A stretch of DNA of 38,202 nt from Eledone cirrhosa (taxonomy: Eukaryota). Below are positions 1-15,648 of the stretch, in pieces; within the stretch, counting starts at the first letter, position 1, and each line of letters starts with the position of its first letter. The translations under genes were made by a program, and so were the position numbers. Location: the NCBI GenBank assembly GCA_964016885.1, contig CAXHJY010001060.1, positions 1 through 38,202 on the forward strand. Reading direction: 5' to 3'. Below the pieces are notes generated by a model. The model saw only the letters and a program-made list of their open reading frames with translations, did not search any database and was not told the origin of the DNA.

Positions 1-215
1 GGTTGTTGTGCTGTTGTTGTTGAGGTTGTTGTGCTGTTGTTGTTGAGGTTGTTGTTCTGTTGTTATTGAGGTTATTGTGGTGTTGTTGTTGGGGCTGTTC
101 TGCTGCTGTATTGTTGTTGTGCTGGTATATACATGTTAATTCGTTGCTGTTGTCAATGATGATCAAAACTATGTTGTTTATTGTTGAGTTGTGGTTAATG
201 TTATTGTTGCTGCTG
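1..215. repeat. Degenerate (GTT/GCT)n trinucleotide microsatellite
   Basis: Runs of gttgttgtgctgttgttgtt that decay towards about 215. Confidence 0.85.
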
Positions 216-324
216 CGTAAATTATTTCATTCGTAAACCATAAATTAAAATGCTGTATTGGCTTTAATGGATTAGTCGTGGTTATTGAACATTAAGTACA
301 CACAAACACATATACGTATTCATC

Positions 325-674
325 CATCATATATATATACATATATATTATATATATATATACATACATATATATATATACATACATATATATATATATA
401 TACATACATATATATATATACATATATATATATATACATATACATATATATATATATATATATACATACATACATATATATATATATATACATACATATA
501 TATATATATACATACATATATATATATACATACATATATATATATACATACATATATATATATACATACATATATATATAGATATACATATATATATATA
601 CATACATATATATATATACATACATATATAATACATACATATATATATAGACATACATATATATATAGACATAC

Positions 675-719
<45 letters not shown>

Positions 720-1375
720 CATATATATAGACATACATACATATATATATATATACATATACATACATACATATATATATACATACATACATATACATAA
801 TATATATATATACATACATATACATACATATATATATATATACATATATACATACATATATATATAGTACATACATATACATACATATATATATATACAT
901 ACATATACATACATATATATATATACATACATACATATACATACATACATACATATATATATATATATACATACATATACATACATACATACATATACAT
1001 ACATACATATACATACATATATATATATACATACATACATATATATATATATACATACATATACATACATATATATATATACATACATACATATATATAT
1101 ATACATACATACATATATATATACATACATACATATATATATATATACATACATGTATATATATACATACATATATATATATATACTACATATATATATA
1201 TATACATACATATATATATATACATACATATATATATATACATACATATATATATATACATACATATATATATATATACATATATATATACATATACATA
1301 TATATATATATATACATACATATATATATACATATACATATATATATATATATACATACATATATATATACATAC

Positions 1376-1406
<31 letters not shown>

Positions 1407-1447
1407 CATACATATATATATACATACATATATATATATATAGATAC

Positions 1448-1487
<40 letters not shown>

Positions 1488-1541
1488 ATACATACATATA
1501 TATATACATACATATATATACATATATATATATATATATAC

Positions 1542-1588
<47 letters not shown>

Positions 1589-1645
1589 TATATACACATA
1601 TATACATACATATTATATACATAAATACATACATATATATATTTA
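325..1645. repeat. Compound (TA)n/(TACA)n microsatellite array
   Basis: Continuous tatatatatacatacata units; source of the Y/I/H/M/C/V ORFs. Confidence 0.97.
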
Positions 1646-2072
1646 TACGTATGTAAGTATGTGAGTTGTTTATACGTCTTGCTCCGCTCAATTTTAACAC
1701 CTTGTCATACAGCTCATTAACGTTCCTATCTCATTATGCTTCTGCTTAATGAACCGAATAACTACTTCAATTGACATTGACGTTAATTAATTACTTCTAG
1801 AGAAATATCTAAGACATTTGATAAACATACAAACGGTATTTTAGAATGGATTACATAATTACGACAGCATCTTTGCCGGTAGAGAGAGACAGTGGTGGGG
1901 TTCCTCTATAAACATGAATTGATTTACAATGTTCTATACCGGAAGACAGATATAGAGACATGCACAAACATTCACAATTCTCTAAATATCGTGACGTACA
2001 TTAATTATGTCAGTGTCAAAAGCATAGTAACAAACCCATCTGTTGACAGTCCCTTGGTGTTGCAAACGTAAG

Positions 2073-2140
<68 letters not shown>

Positions 2141-2193
2141 ATTTAAAACTTCACTGCTTACAAGTGTTTTTTAAGCTTCATATCATGTCTCGC

Positions 2194-2264
2194 TATTTTA
2201 TCTGATGAGAACGCAGATAACATCCCATGATGATATTCTTTTGGGAAATGCGCATAATAAAATA
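2194..2264 (+). ncRNA. Type I hammerhead ribozyme, partly decayed (PLE-type)
   Basis: Stem I tattttat (2194-2201) / ataaaata (2257-2264). Core CTGATGA at 2202-2208 and GAAA at 2245-2248. Palindromic stem III tgcgca followed by TA. The base of stem II no longer pairs. Confidence 0.6.
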
Positions 2265-2426
2265 CTTGGAACTCTTTTAACCATCTTTTGATCTTATATT
2301 ATATATATATATATATATGCAAAAGTTTTATTTAAAATTGTTGTTACAACAAGTAAATATTTTATAACTGATATAAAGCACTCGACAAGTTTTTGGAGTA
2401 GATATAGTTTCCATTTGTTTAATATC

Positions 2427-2480
<54 letters not shown>

Positions 2481-2596
2481 AAAGGTAGTCCTTCATCAGT
2501 GATATTCCAACCATCATTGGTATTTCATCGCTTTAAAGACCATATACCATATACCATATATATGCGAGCAACGGCTAAAGAGGGGAATGAGCGAGA

Positions 2597-2627
<31 letters not shown>

Positions 2628-2638
2628 CACATTAGTCA

Positions 2639-2870
2639 GTAACATGAGCTTACACCGTATTTGACTAAATGAAATTAATCAGTTAGTTGTGATTAAAAAA
2701 AAATCCTGTGAATGGAAAAAAAGGATGAGTATTGATGTACATGGTTCACGAACCCACAAAGGGTTTTTTTTTTTAATCCCAACTAACAGACTAATTGTTT
2801 AGTCAAATAAGGCATAAGCAATGTTACTTCTCAAATTCGCTAGCTGTTTCTAAAAAAAGCCTGCTTTGTG
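2639..2870. mobile_element. Fold-back copy of a small repeat family (related to 32180-32376)
   Basis: Imperfect inverted arms at about 2639-2712 and 2755-2827. Shares aaggatgagtattgatgtacatgg..cgaacccaca with about 32312-32349. Confidence 0.6.
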
Positions 2871-2893
2871 TCTCCATATTTATATACATACAT

Positions 2894-2951
<58 letters not shown>

Positions 2952-2970
2952 GCTGAAACATGTACCATGT

Positions 2971-3025
<55 letters not shown>

Positions 3026-3274
3026 GTACATCGTTCTATGTATAAGATGGTTATATAACTTAATAACTAAATACTTGTATCTCTCTCCTAGACAGTTGTT
3101 CGTGTAGACTCTTGGCGGACCAATTATACACCATCTTTATTTTGGTCCAAACATAAATGGTGTGGAAGGGACAGTGTTGATGAATCTTATTGAAATGATC
3201 TTACATTTCATATTACCATGATTCTCAATATATGTGTGTGTGTGTGTGTGTATATATGTGCGTGTGTGTGTGCG

Positions 3275-3309
<35 letters not shown>

Positions 3310-3555
3310 ATGTGCGTGTGTGTGTGCGTATATATATATATATATGTGTGTGAGTATATATATTTATATGTGTGGGTGTGTTTCTTTTGTGTAGAAATAT
3401 TGGCTTTTATATATATAGATATTAACGTAGATTTGTTTCTATACTTATAATGAGTTTCTATTCGTCATAGATTATCTTATCTTATCTTATCTATCAACAT
3501 ATTTATCTACCTAAGCTATCTATCTACCTAAGCTATCTATCGACCTAACCATCTA

Positions 3556-3757
3556 CACTTTTTTCGGGGGTGTGTGCGACCCCCCAAGGCGCCTCCTCTC
3601 TATTGAGGATTTTGTTAAAAATTTTATTTTTTGTTATATCTTATTTTATTTTTATATTTTGTTATTGCCTCCTCCTTATTGAGGACGCCTTTTTGTGTAA
3701 ACTCCCCCCTTTGTACTTGTCCCACTTTTGATGCCCTAGTGGCAAATAAAAGAAACA
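3556..3757 (+). mobile_element. 3' UTR remnant of an L1/Tx1-type LINE within (TCTA)n
   Basis: Ends in gtggcaaataaaagaaa followed by atatctatct, almost the same terminus as the LINE at 37911-37926. Flanked on both sides by (TCTA)n-like repeats. Confidence 0.6.
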
Positions 3758-4451
3758 TATCTATCTATGTATAGAACCATCTATTTATCTACCTATATAT
3801 CTACTTATCTATCTATTTATCTACCTATCTATATATCTCTCTATCTGCTTGACCATCAGTTTATCGACCTATCCATCTCTCTATCTACGTATATATCTCG
3901 CTATCTATCTAGCCATCTACCAACATATCCAGCACCGAGATGGAGGTGTTTAGTGATTATGAACAATAACGAGAAGATGTTTATAGGTCAAACCAAAACG
4001 TTGGTGGGATTAATAAAAAAATTAATGAGGTATAAACAAAGGTAAATATATTTTATCTTTCATATCTGTCGACTTTCTAATAATGATTAGCCATGCACTA
4101 GTTCCACAGTGACACAGAACAAGCAATTTTAAGTACTTTGGTTGTTCACTCTCTACACATAGACGAATGTTAACCATTATGTCTTTATCTTCTCTGCAAA
4201 TATATCATATCGACTGATCAAAAAATAATTTATGCATACAGCGATTTCAGGTTATGTTGTGGCTTGAGTTCATTGTGTGGCACCATAAGCTAATTGTGTG
4301 CGCCTCTGTGAGGGCACGCACATACATAAATACATACATCAATAAATACACATACATACAAAAGCATACACACACACACACACACAGAAGCACACACACA
4401 CACACACAGAAGCACACACAGACACACACGAAACCTCCTCATTTTTTCTAT

Positions 4452-4486
<35 letters not shown>

Positions 4487-4634
4487 AATATGTGAAGATG
4501 TATATATATATGTGGGTGTGCCTGCATAAATATGTACATATATATATATATATAGTAATAATATATATATATATATATATAATCTGTTATTTTAATAAAT
4601 ATATATATATATATATATATAATCTGTTATTTTA

Positions 4635-4737
<103 letters not shown>

Positions 4738-4959
4738 GTATATATTGTGTCGCTATTTTCACCATATTGTCCCGCAGAACATGTGAATGAACGTGAGAAT
4801 GAATAATTAGAGACAGTCAAGCGAGAATTGAGCCCATAATCTACTATTTACAATGATATCTTAATTAATCCATCATTAACTTGTAATATAAGGTATTGTT
4901 TTAATTGCACACACCCTCACATTCTCTCAAATTCTCATGCAAACATACACTTAGATATA

Positions 4960-4974
4960 CATACATATATAGGC

Positions 4975-5017
<43 letters not shown>

Positions 5018-5117
5018 TGCATATATATATTTATATATATATGTATATATGTATATATATATATATTTATATATATACAGAAAGCAATACATTTTATATG
5101 TAACATCTCCACTTTAT

Positions 5118-5156
<39 letters not shown>

Positions 5157-5729
5157 TATACATATATATATACACATATATATATATATATACATATACA
5201 CATATATATATACATATACATATATATATACATATATACATATATATATATACATATATATATACATATATACATATATATATACATATATACATATATA
5301 TATACATATATACATATATACATATATATATACATATATACATATATATATACATATATACATATATATACATATATATATACACATATATATATACACA
5401 CATATATATATACACACATATATATATACACATATATATATACACACATATATATATACATATATATACATATATATATATACATATATATACACATATA
5501 TATATACATATATATATACACACATATATATACATATATATCTACATATATATATATCTACATTTATATATATATATACATATATACATATATAGATATA
5601 CATATATATATACATATATATATATACATATATATATATACATATATATATATATACATATATATACATATACATATATATACATATACATATATATACA
5701 TATACATATATATATATACATATATACAT

Positions 5730-5762
<33 letters not shown>

Positions 5763-6031
5763 TATATATACACATATATATACACATATATATATACACA
5801 TATATATATACACATATATATATACACATATATATATATACACATATATATATACACATATATATATATACACATATATATATATACACATATATATATA
5901 CACATATATATATATACATATTCATATACACATATATATATACACATGTATATATACACATATATATATATACATATTCATATACACATATATATATATA
6001 CACATATATATATATATACATATTCATATAT

Positions 6032-6095
<64 letters not shown>
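4960..6095. repeat. Compound (TA)n/(CA) microsatellite array
   Basis: Continuous tatatacata and tacacata units. Confidence 0.97.
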
Positions 6096-6097
<2 letters not shown>

Positions 6098-6527
6098 AGT
6101 ATGTATCAGCACGTGCTTTTTTCATAGTGATAAAATAATTGTGTTTGTGCTTAGAATAATCTCATGCAAAATTAGACCAACAACAATGTATTAATTACAA
6201 TGTGTTATCATTATAATTAGATTTAATTAAACAGATGCCGATGATCCCCTCTCCCTCTCTCTACACATATATATATATATAAATATATATATACATAATA
6301 TATATACACAATATATATATACATATATATCTATGCATATATATATACATATATATACTTCGATTGATCTTCCCTACTGAGATACATAATGATTATACTA
6401 ATTATATGGTATATGCACCTATATATGTGTGCGTGTGTATGTGTGTGTGTGTGTCTGCGTGTGTGTGTGTGTGCGTGCGTGTATTTTTATATATAGAAAT
6501 ATATTAGTTTATTGCTTGAAATAGCAG

Positions 6528-6567
6528 TATCTTAGCATTTCGGACACTAGTCCTTCATCGGAAGATA
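6528..6567 (-). ncRNA. Degenerate minimal hammerhead motif
   Basis: Minus strand reads tatctt CCGATGA a GGAC tagt GTCC GAAA tgcta agata, with AATAAA downstream. The stem III / cleavage register is imperfect. Confidence 0.45.
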
Positions 6568-6639
6568 GAGTAATAAATAAGAGGGAACTTAGACAGATAA
6601 AGTGTCATAAGAGGAAGGAAGGGGTAAAAATGAGACATC

Positions 6640-6820
6640 ACTTGTGGCTTCTGGCAAAGAGCCTCAACAGGATGGTTTTTAGCAGGATCCAGCCCGAGAT
6701 GGTGAAGAAGCTCAGGGACAACCAGAACGGCTTCAGAGAGGGAATATCAACCAACAGTCACATCCTGATACCCAGGAGGATATTAGAGGAAGATAGAGCA
6801 AAGAGCCTTCCTGCATTACT
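6640..6820 (+). pseudogene. Non-LTR retrotransposon reverse transcriptase fragment (RTE-like)
   Basis: AKSLNRMVFSRIQPEMVKKLRDNQNGFREGISTNSHILIPRRILE matches the RT K..NR...RI......LR..Q.GFR.GRST..HI..LRR..E motif. Confidence 0.8.
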
Positions 6821-7183
6821 GGTAAATGCTTTACCAGTACAGCCCCCATGATGCTCTTGATTGCCTGCTTTGACTGCTTGTTTTACATGTAACAATCTGC
6901 TGCACTATAATCTTGTATAAATAGGACACGCGTGCATGCCTCACGTGTGACTGTTGCATACACTGGCTACTCCAAACTTTCCTCTTGCTTTATCTTCGTA
7001 AACTGCCAATGTTTTATTTTTATTTTTATTTTGTCCTTTAATATGACTGTAATCTTTGTATGTAAATTGCCATGCTATATTATTATAATGGATGTCAACC
7101 CACTGTGGGTCAATATATACATATGTTTCTATATGTCTCTTGTGTTGATAAGGAGGTCAAGTATGTTAAAAATCACTGAATAA

Positions 7184-7232
7184 TTGCTCCGAAGACACCA
7201 AACCTCGGTTTGGAAGAAACAATTGTAAGCAA
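7184..7232 (+). ncRNA. Type I hammerhead ribozyme (C4 variant) in a PLE pseudo-LTR remnant
   Basis: ttgct CCGAAGA ca-ccaaacc tc ggtttgg-aa GAAA caattg TA agcaa, overlapping AATAAA at 7232-7237. Palindromic stem III; the base of stem II is mismatched. Confidence 0.65.
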
Positions 7233-7434
7233 ATAAATGATTTAAACAGAACTTTGATTCATGTAATTTCTATATAACTGCTCTGTAAAACAACTGATGT
7301 TGTTACATTGAGCTATTTATCTTACTGGTAATAAGATAGTAATAAATTACTGTCTTTCCCTATTTAGGGTTTAAAATATATATAACTATAAAAGGTTTTA
7401 GTATATACATAACCATAAATAGTATCCTTAATAC

Positions 7435-7849
7435 TATATATACATATACATATATATATATATACATATACATATACATACATATACATATACATACATA
7501 TATACATACATATACATATACATACATATACATATACATATATATACATATACATATATATATACATACATATACATATATATACATATACATATACATA
7601 TATATACATATACATATACATATATATACATATACATATACATACATATACATATACATGTATATACATATACATATATATACATATGCATATACATATA
7701 TATACATATGCATATACATATATATACATATACATATATATACATATGCATATACATATATATACATATACATATACATATACATATATATACATATGCA
7801 TATACATATATATACATATATACATATACATATATACATATATATACAT

Positions 7850-7884
<35 letters not shown>

Positions 7885-8041
7885 CATATATATACATATA
7901 TATATATACATATATATATATACATATATATACATATATATATATACATATATATATATATACATATATATATATACATATATATATATATACATATATA
8001 TATATACATATATATATATACATATATATACATATATATAC

Positions 8042-8096
<55 letters not shown>

Positions 8097-8279
8097 CATA
8101 TATACATATATACATATATATATATATACATATATATATATACATATATATATATACATATATATACATATATATACATATATATACATACATATATATA
8201 CATATATATGTATATATATACATATATATATATATACATATATATATATGCATATATATATATGCATATATATATATGC

Positions 8280-8310
<31 letters not shown>

Positions 8311-8318
8311 CATATACA

Positions 8319-8350
<32 letters not shown>

Positions 8351-8604
8351 CATATACATATATATATATATACATATATATATATACATATACATATATA
8401 CATATATACATATATATATACATATATATATACATATATATATATACATATACATATATATATATACATACATATATATATACATATATATATATACATA
8501 CATATATATATATATACATACATATATATATATATACATACATATATATATATATACATACATATATATATATATATACATACATATATATATATACATA
8601 CATA

Positions 8605-8680
<76 letters not shown>

Positions 8681-8871
8681 CATATATATATATACATATA
8701 TATATATACATATATATATATACATACATATATATATACATATACATATACATATATATATATACATATATATATATACATATACATATATATATATACA
8801 TATACATATATATATATACATATATATATATACATATACATATATATATATACATATATATATATACATAC

Positions 8872-8902
<31 letters not shown>

Positions 8903-9276
8903 CATACATATATATATATACATACATATATATATATACATACATATATATATATACATACATATATATATATACATACATATATATATACATACATATA
9001 CATATATACATATACATACATATATATATATATACATATATACATATACATACATATATATATATATACATATACATATATACATATACATAGATATAAA
9101 TATATACATACATATATATATATATATACATACATATATACATATACATAGATATAAATATATACATACATATATATATATATATACATACATATATATA
9201 TATATACATACATATATATATATACATACATATATATATATACATACATATATATATATATACATACATATATATA

Positions 9277-9317
<41 letters not shown>

Positions 9318-9693
9318 ATATAGATATACATATATATATATACATATATATATATACATAGATATACATATATATATATACATATATATATATACATATA
9401 CATATACATATATATATATACATATACATATATATATACATATACATATATATATACATATATATATACATATACATATATATATACATATATATATACA
9501 TATATATATACACATATATATATATATTTATACATATACATATATATATACATACACATATATATATACATACACATATATATATACATACACATATATA
9601 TATATACATACATATATATATATACATATACATATATATATATACATACATATATATATATATACATATACATATATATATACATATACATAC

Positions 9694-9724
<31 letters not shown>

Positions 9725-10120
9725 CATATACATATATATACATATACATATATATACATATACATATATATACATATATATATATATACATATACATATA
9801 TATACATATACATATATATACATATATATATATATACATACATATATATACATATACATACATATATATATATCCATATACATACATATATATATATACA
9901 TATACATAAATATATATATATACATATACATAAATATATATATATATACATATACATAAATATATATATATATACATATACATGTATATATATATATACA
10001 TATACATGTATATATATATATACATGTATCTATATACATAGATACATGTATATAGATACATGTATATATATCTATAACATATATAAATATATGTTTATAC
10101 ATACATATATATACATGCAT
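7435..10120. repeat. Approximately 2.7 kb compound (TA)n/(TACA)n/(CATATA)n array
   Basis: Uninterrupted simple repeat; explains the 500-900 aa low-complexity ORFs. Confidence 0.97.
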
Positions 10121-10519
10121 ATTATGAAGGAAAGATCGTGCTATTGTCCATCAATAGAAGCTGTTACAGCGCATTGATGTGATATTCCATTTAATAACAA
10201 CAATAAAATAGTCAATTATGTGATGTTTAATATTGTACCTGGAACAATAACGACCTTGTCAAACCCTGCAGTTATCTTAAGCAACCAATCAACGGCAACA
10301 ACTTCCTGGTGTTGATTATCTCCCCTTCTCAACCTCCATACTACAACCACACACATTTTAATAATGAAAATACAGTTTATTTGTTAGGTTGTATTTATTT
10401 CAGTATAGTTATGTTGCATATACGTTTATATAGATATATATTTCTACGTACATATCTAGAACACTGGTAATATAACCATACCGCACCATTCACACGTGCA
10501 CATAAACATTTATGTGTGT

Positions 10520-10521
10520 AC

Positions 10522-10568
<47 letters not shown>

Positions 10569-10816
10569 TAAATATATAAACATTTACAAATATATATAAA
10601 CACATTTACAAATACATATACATATATATACACACATACATATATATATATATATACAATTATATATATATATATATATATGTATATGTATATATATACA
10701 TAAATATATATACATATACAAATATGTATAAACACATTTACAAATATGTATAAACACATTTACAAATACATATACATACACACATACATATATACATACA
10801 ACTATATATATATTTA

Positions 10817-10866
<50 letters not shown>

Positions 10867-10953
10867 CACACAAATATATATAAACATATTTACAAATACA
10901 TATACAACCACACACACACACATATATATATATATGTATATATATACATATGC

Positions 10954-10986
<33 letters not shown>

Positions 10987-11005
10987 TGTATATATATACA
11001 TATGC

Positions 11006-11037
<32 letters not shown>

Positions 11038-11079
11038 GTATATATATACATATGCATGTATATATATATATATATATGC

Positions 11080-11129
<50 letters not shown>

Positions 11130-11167
11130 ATATATACATATGCATGTATATATATATATATGCATGT

Positions 11168-11204
<37 letters not shown>

Positions 11205-11250
11205 CTTATGCATGTATATATATATATATATATATATATACGCATATATA
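10520..11250. repeat. Compound microsatellite with repeated aaacacatttacaaata modules, then (TA)n/(TATG)/(TGCA)
   Basis: The module aaacacatttacaaata recurs at about 10578, 10598, 10730, 10752 and 10882. Confidence 0.9.
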
Positions 11251-11514
11251 GATATAATGTATCTATGTAGATTGAATTGTGAGTAATACTATTTTTATTA
11301 TTATTATCATCATCATCATCATCATTATGATTGATATACAATTCCTTGTAGAAATGTTTTAATGAGATGACCGATTCCATCAACTGTAGGCCCGGGGCGG
11401 GGGGGGGGGGCATTCTTCACATCAAATAACCGTTTACTTGTTTAATGCATGAGAAAGGTTAGAGTTAAGGTTGGCTGAACTAAGTACTTGAAGACAGGAG
11501 AATACAATAACATC

Positions 11515-12830
11515 TCCTCCATCATCATTATCTTCGTCATCTTCTACATCATTATCGTCATCATCATCATTATCATGGTCATTATTTGTCATCATCATCG
11601 TCATCATTATCGTCATCGTCATCATCATCGTCATCATTATCGTCATCATCATCGTCATCGGCATCGTCATCATCGCAATCGTCATCATCATCATCGTCAT
11701 CGTCATCATCATCATCGTCATCATCATCATCGTAATCATAAACGTCATCATCATCATCGACATCATTAACGTCATCGTCATCATCGTCATCATCGACATC
11801 ATTATCGTCATCGTCATCTTCGTCATCATCATCATACTCATAATCGTCATCATCATCATTATCGTCATCATCGACACCATTATCGTCATCGTCATCATCA
11901 TTATCTTCGTCATCTCCATCATCACCATAGTCATTTTTATCATCATCTCCATCAAGCATCATCATCATCAGTAGCAGCAACATCGTCGTCATCACAGTCA
12001 TCATCATACTCATCACCATCATCGCCATAGTCATCATCGCCATCGCGATCATCATTCTAATCATTATCATTGTCATCGTCATCACATTTCATCGTCATAA
12101 CCATCTTTGTCATCACCATCACCAGCTTTGTCATCATCATCAACATCATTGTAATCGTCATCACATTTCATTGCCATCGTCATAACCATCTTTGTCATCA
12201 CCATCACCAGCTTTGTCATCACCATCACCAGCTTTGTCATCGCCATCAACATCATTGTCATCGTCATCACATTTCATTGTCATCTTCATCACCAGCTTTG
12301 TCATCACCATCACCAGCTTTGTCATCGTCATCACATTTCATTGTCATCACCATCTTTGTCATCATCAACGTCATCGTCATCACATTTCATTGTCATCGTC
12401 ATCACATTTCATTGTCATCGTCATCACCATCTTTGTCATCACCATCACCAGCTTTGTCATCATCATCAACATCGTTGTCATCGTCATCACATTTCATTGT
12501 CATCACCATCTTTGTCATCACCAGCTTTGTCATCACCATCAACATCATTGTCATCGTCATCACCATCTTTGTCATCACCATCACCAGCTTTGCCATCACC
12601 ATCAACATCATTGTCATCGTCATCACATTTCATTGTCATCGTCATCACATTTCATTGTCATCGTCATCACCATCTTTGTCATCACCATCACCAGCTTTGT
12701 CATCATCATCAACATCATTGTCATCGTCATCACATTTCATTGTCATCGTCATCACCATCTTTGTCATCACCATCACCAGCTTTGTCATCATCATCAACAT
12801 TGTCATCGTCATCGTCATCGTCACCATCAT
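11515..12830. repeat. (CAT/CGT)n microsatellite grading into a modular ~21-22 bp minisatellite (12070-12830)
   Basis: Modules ttgtcatcgtcatcacatttca, tttgtcatcaccatcaccagc and tttgtcatcatcatcaacatca recur in shuffled order. Confidence 0.93.
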
Positions 12831-13080
12831 ATTGTTCATCTTATAGAAACTGTACTGATGATATCCGAGGTGATAAAGGGAATGAATGACGTATCTACCA
12901 TATCATATTATTTCTTAATGATCACATATGAGATATCAAATAGATATATACATATCTTCCCGGAGGGGGCAAATCAAGCAGAAAAGCGTGTATAGCATTA
13001 TATGTGTGTGTGTGTGTATATATGTGTGTATGTGTGCGTGTGTGTGTGCGCGTGTGTTTGGCTATATATATATATATATA

Positions 13081-13254
13081 TAATAGGAACCAGTAAGACC
13101 CCGACAGCTGAGCTCAAGCCGTTTCGACAGCCGTCGAAACGGCTTGAGCTCAGCTGTCGGAGTCTTACTGGTTCCTATTACCCACTCTACTACCCCAAGT
13201 ATTGAGTACTTTGGTGCGTTATGGTCCACCTGGTTCCTTACCACATTTCCTTCG

Positions 13255-13256
<2 letters not shown>
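13081..13256 (+). mobile_element. Small interspersed repeat 'family X' with a 100-bp palindromic head
   Basis: 13081-13180 is a palindrome with 2 mismatches. The tail ctactaccccaagtattgagtactttggtgcgttatggtccacctggttccttaccaca recurs at about 28235, 32030, 32970 and 33400. Flanked by (TA)n. Confidence 0.8.
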
Positions 13257-13317
<61 letters not shown>

Positions 13318-13459
13318 TATTTTATATAGTGGTAGAACACTGGAAGGTAATATCCGTACTGGTAGATCACTCAGTCTATGGGACGAGTTAGGTAGAGGTG
13401 GTTACACAACAGTTAGTTCACCATACCGAGAACAACTGTTTCACCTTATACATAAATAT

Positions 13460-14257
13460 TATATATATACATACATAATATATATATATATACATAATAT
13501 ATATATATATATACATACATAATATATATATACATAATATATATATATATACATACATACATACATAATATATATATATATACATACATAATATATATAT
13601 ATATATACATAATATATATATATATACATAATATATATATATATACATAATATATATATATATATACATAATATATATATATATACATAATATATATATA
13701 TACATACATAATATATATATATACATACATAATATATATATATATATATATATACATAATATATATATATATACATAATATATATATATACATACATAAT
13801 ATATATATATATATATACATACATAATATATATATATATATATACATACATAATATATATATATATATACATACATAATATATATATATATATACATACA
13901 TAATATATATATATATATACATACATAATATATATATATATATACATACATAATATATATATATATATACATACATAATATATATATATACATACATAAT
14001 ATATATATATATATACATACATAATATATATATATATATACATAATATATATATATATATACATACATAATATATATATATATATACATACATAATATAT
14101 ATATATATACATACATAATATATATATATATATACATACATAATATATATATATATATACATAATATATATATATATATACATAATATATATATATACAT
14201 AATATATATACATAATATATATATATACATAATATATATATATATATATATACATAC

Positions 14258-14295
<38 letters not shown>

Positions 14296-14407
14296 ATATA
14301 TATATATATATATACATACATAATATATATATATATATACATACATAATATATATATATATACATAATATATATATATATACATAATATATATATATATA
14401 TATATAC
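13460..14407. repeat. (TA)n array punctuated by CATAA/CATACATAA
   Basis: Quasi-periodic 16-25 bp units. Confidence 0.97.
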
Positions 14408-14726
14408 ATAAATGAAAAATTGGTGAAAAAGTAATGAAAATGAATATGGAGAAGTGAAAAATTAAATGAAGATTCAAATAAAGTAGGATAAAGTGTTTAT
14501 TTATTTTTAAGTTGAGATTGATTATAACGCAAACACATTTTGTTTGATTATCTTATTCTTTTATTATTTTAACGTCTTGTTCCTCATACCAATCTATCCA
14601 ACATATTTCTGACCTTGAGATTGGTTATAGCACACACACACTTTATCCTACTTTATTTGAATCTTCATTTTATTTTTCACTTCTCCATATTCATTTTCAT
14701 TACTTTTTCACCAATTTTTCATTTAT
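14408..14726. repeat. 89-bp near-perfect inverted repeat
   Basis: 14408-14496 is the reverse complement of 14638-14726, with about one mismatch. It abuts the (TA)n array. Confidence 0.9.
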
Positions 14727-14929
14727 TCTTTATTCTCTATTTATTATTTATTTTCAGTTTTCTTCATTTTTTCTGTTTTCTTCATTTATTGCCTTATATT
14801 TCTTCATATACATGGAATAACCCCCCACCCCCCACCCCACAACCACCACCACGGGAGATGGTGGCAGGAGGGACGAAGAAAAAACACACACAGATACTTC
14901 TAAATTGTCAACAGCAGCAAGACATAAGC

Positions 14930-15648
14930 TGACCACAACACTACCAAAATAATGGTAGAGGTCAAATGTACTTAACAATAGCAAACAAAAACACTACAGG
15001 GAGCCTCACCCCAGAAAGAATTTCTATAGACTTCTGACTGAGGAATGCTCTCAAAACTGACCAATGGGAAGTTTGACATTTTTTTGTTATTTTGTTCCTT
15101 TACCACCTTGTTCCTTCTACCACTTTATCAATTTGTTAAGCTAACTCCAACAATAACAACACTACCAACACAAGAATTGAGGTCACATGTACCTCACAAT
15201 AACAAAAACAACAACTACAGATTGGCTTGCCTCAGAACGAACTTCTATAGACTTTTGAATGAGGAATGTTCTTACAACTGACCAATGAGAGGAGAAGAGG
15301 TCCTTTGACATTGAAATTCGTTTGTTTGAATTCATATGATTCCAGTTCCTCAGTGAAATAACAACCCAACCAGGAACTGGGCATATCAGAGTATTGACAA
15401 AATTATAACCCCTCAACAACATATGTACTTGTCTATACCACACTAATTCGGACTGCCTGAAGAGGTCACAGCAAAAGATAGCTGTCACCGAAATATATAT
15501 AGCAGTAATAAACGAAGCTAAATTTTAAACATTTGACTTTTTATTTGACTTTATTTTACATTACTCCGGAGTAACCAAACCAACCTGCGCACTTCGTCGA
15601 GTGCTCCATCCTGCATACTGAGGTGTTGGTATACAACCAACATATACT

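Noticed and set aside
3085-4020. Further hammerhead-like traces at about 3090-3140(-) and 3970-4015(+); also half motifs at 2490(-) and 13430(-)
   Set aside because: Multiple core nucleotides are missing or the motif is truncated by microsatellite, so these cannot be told from chance by eye.
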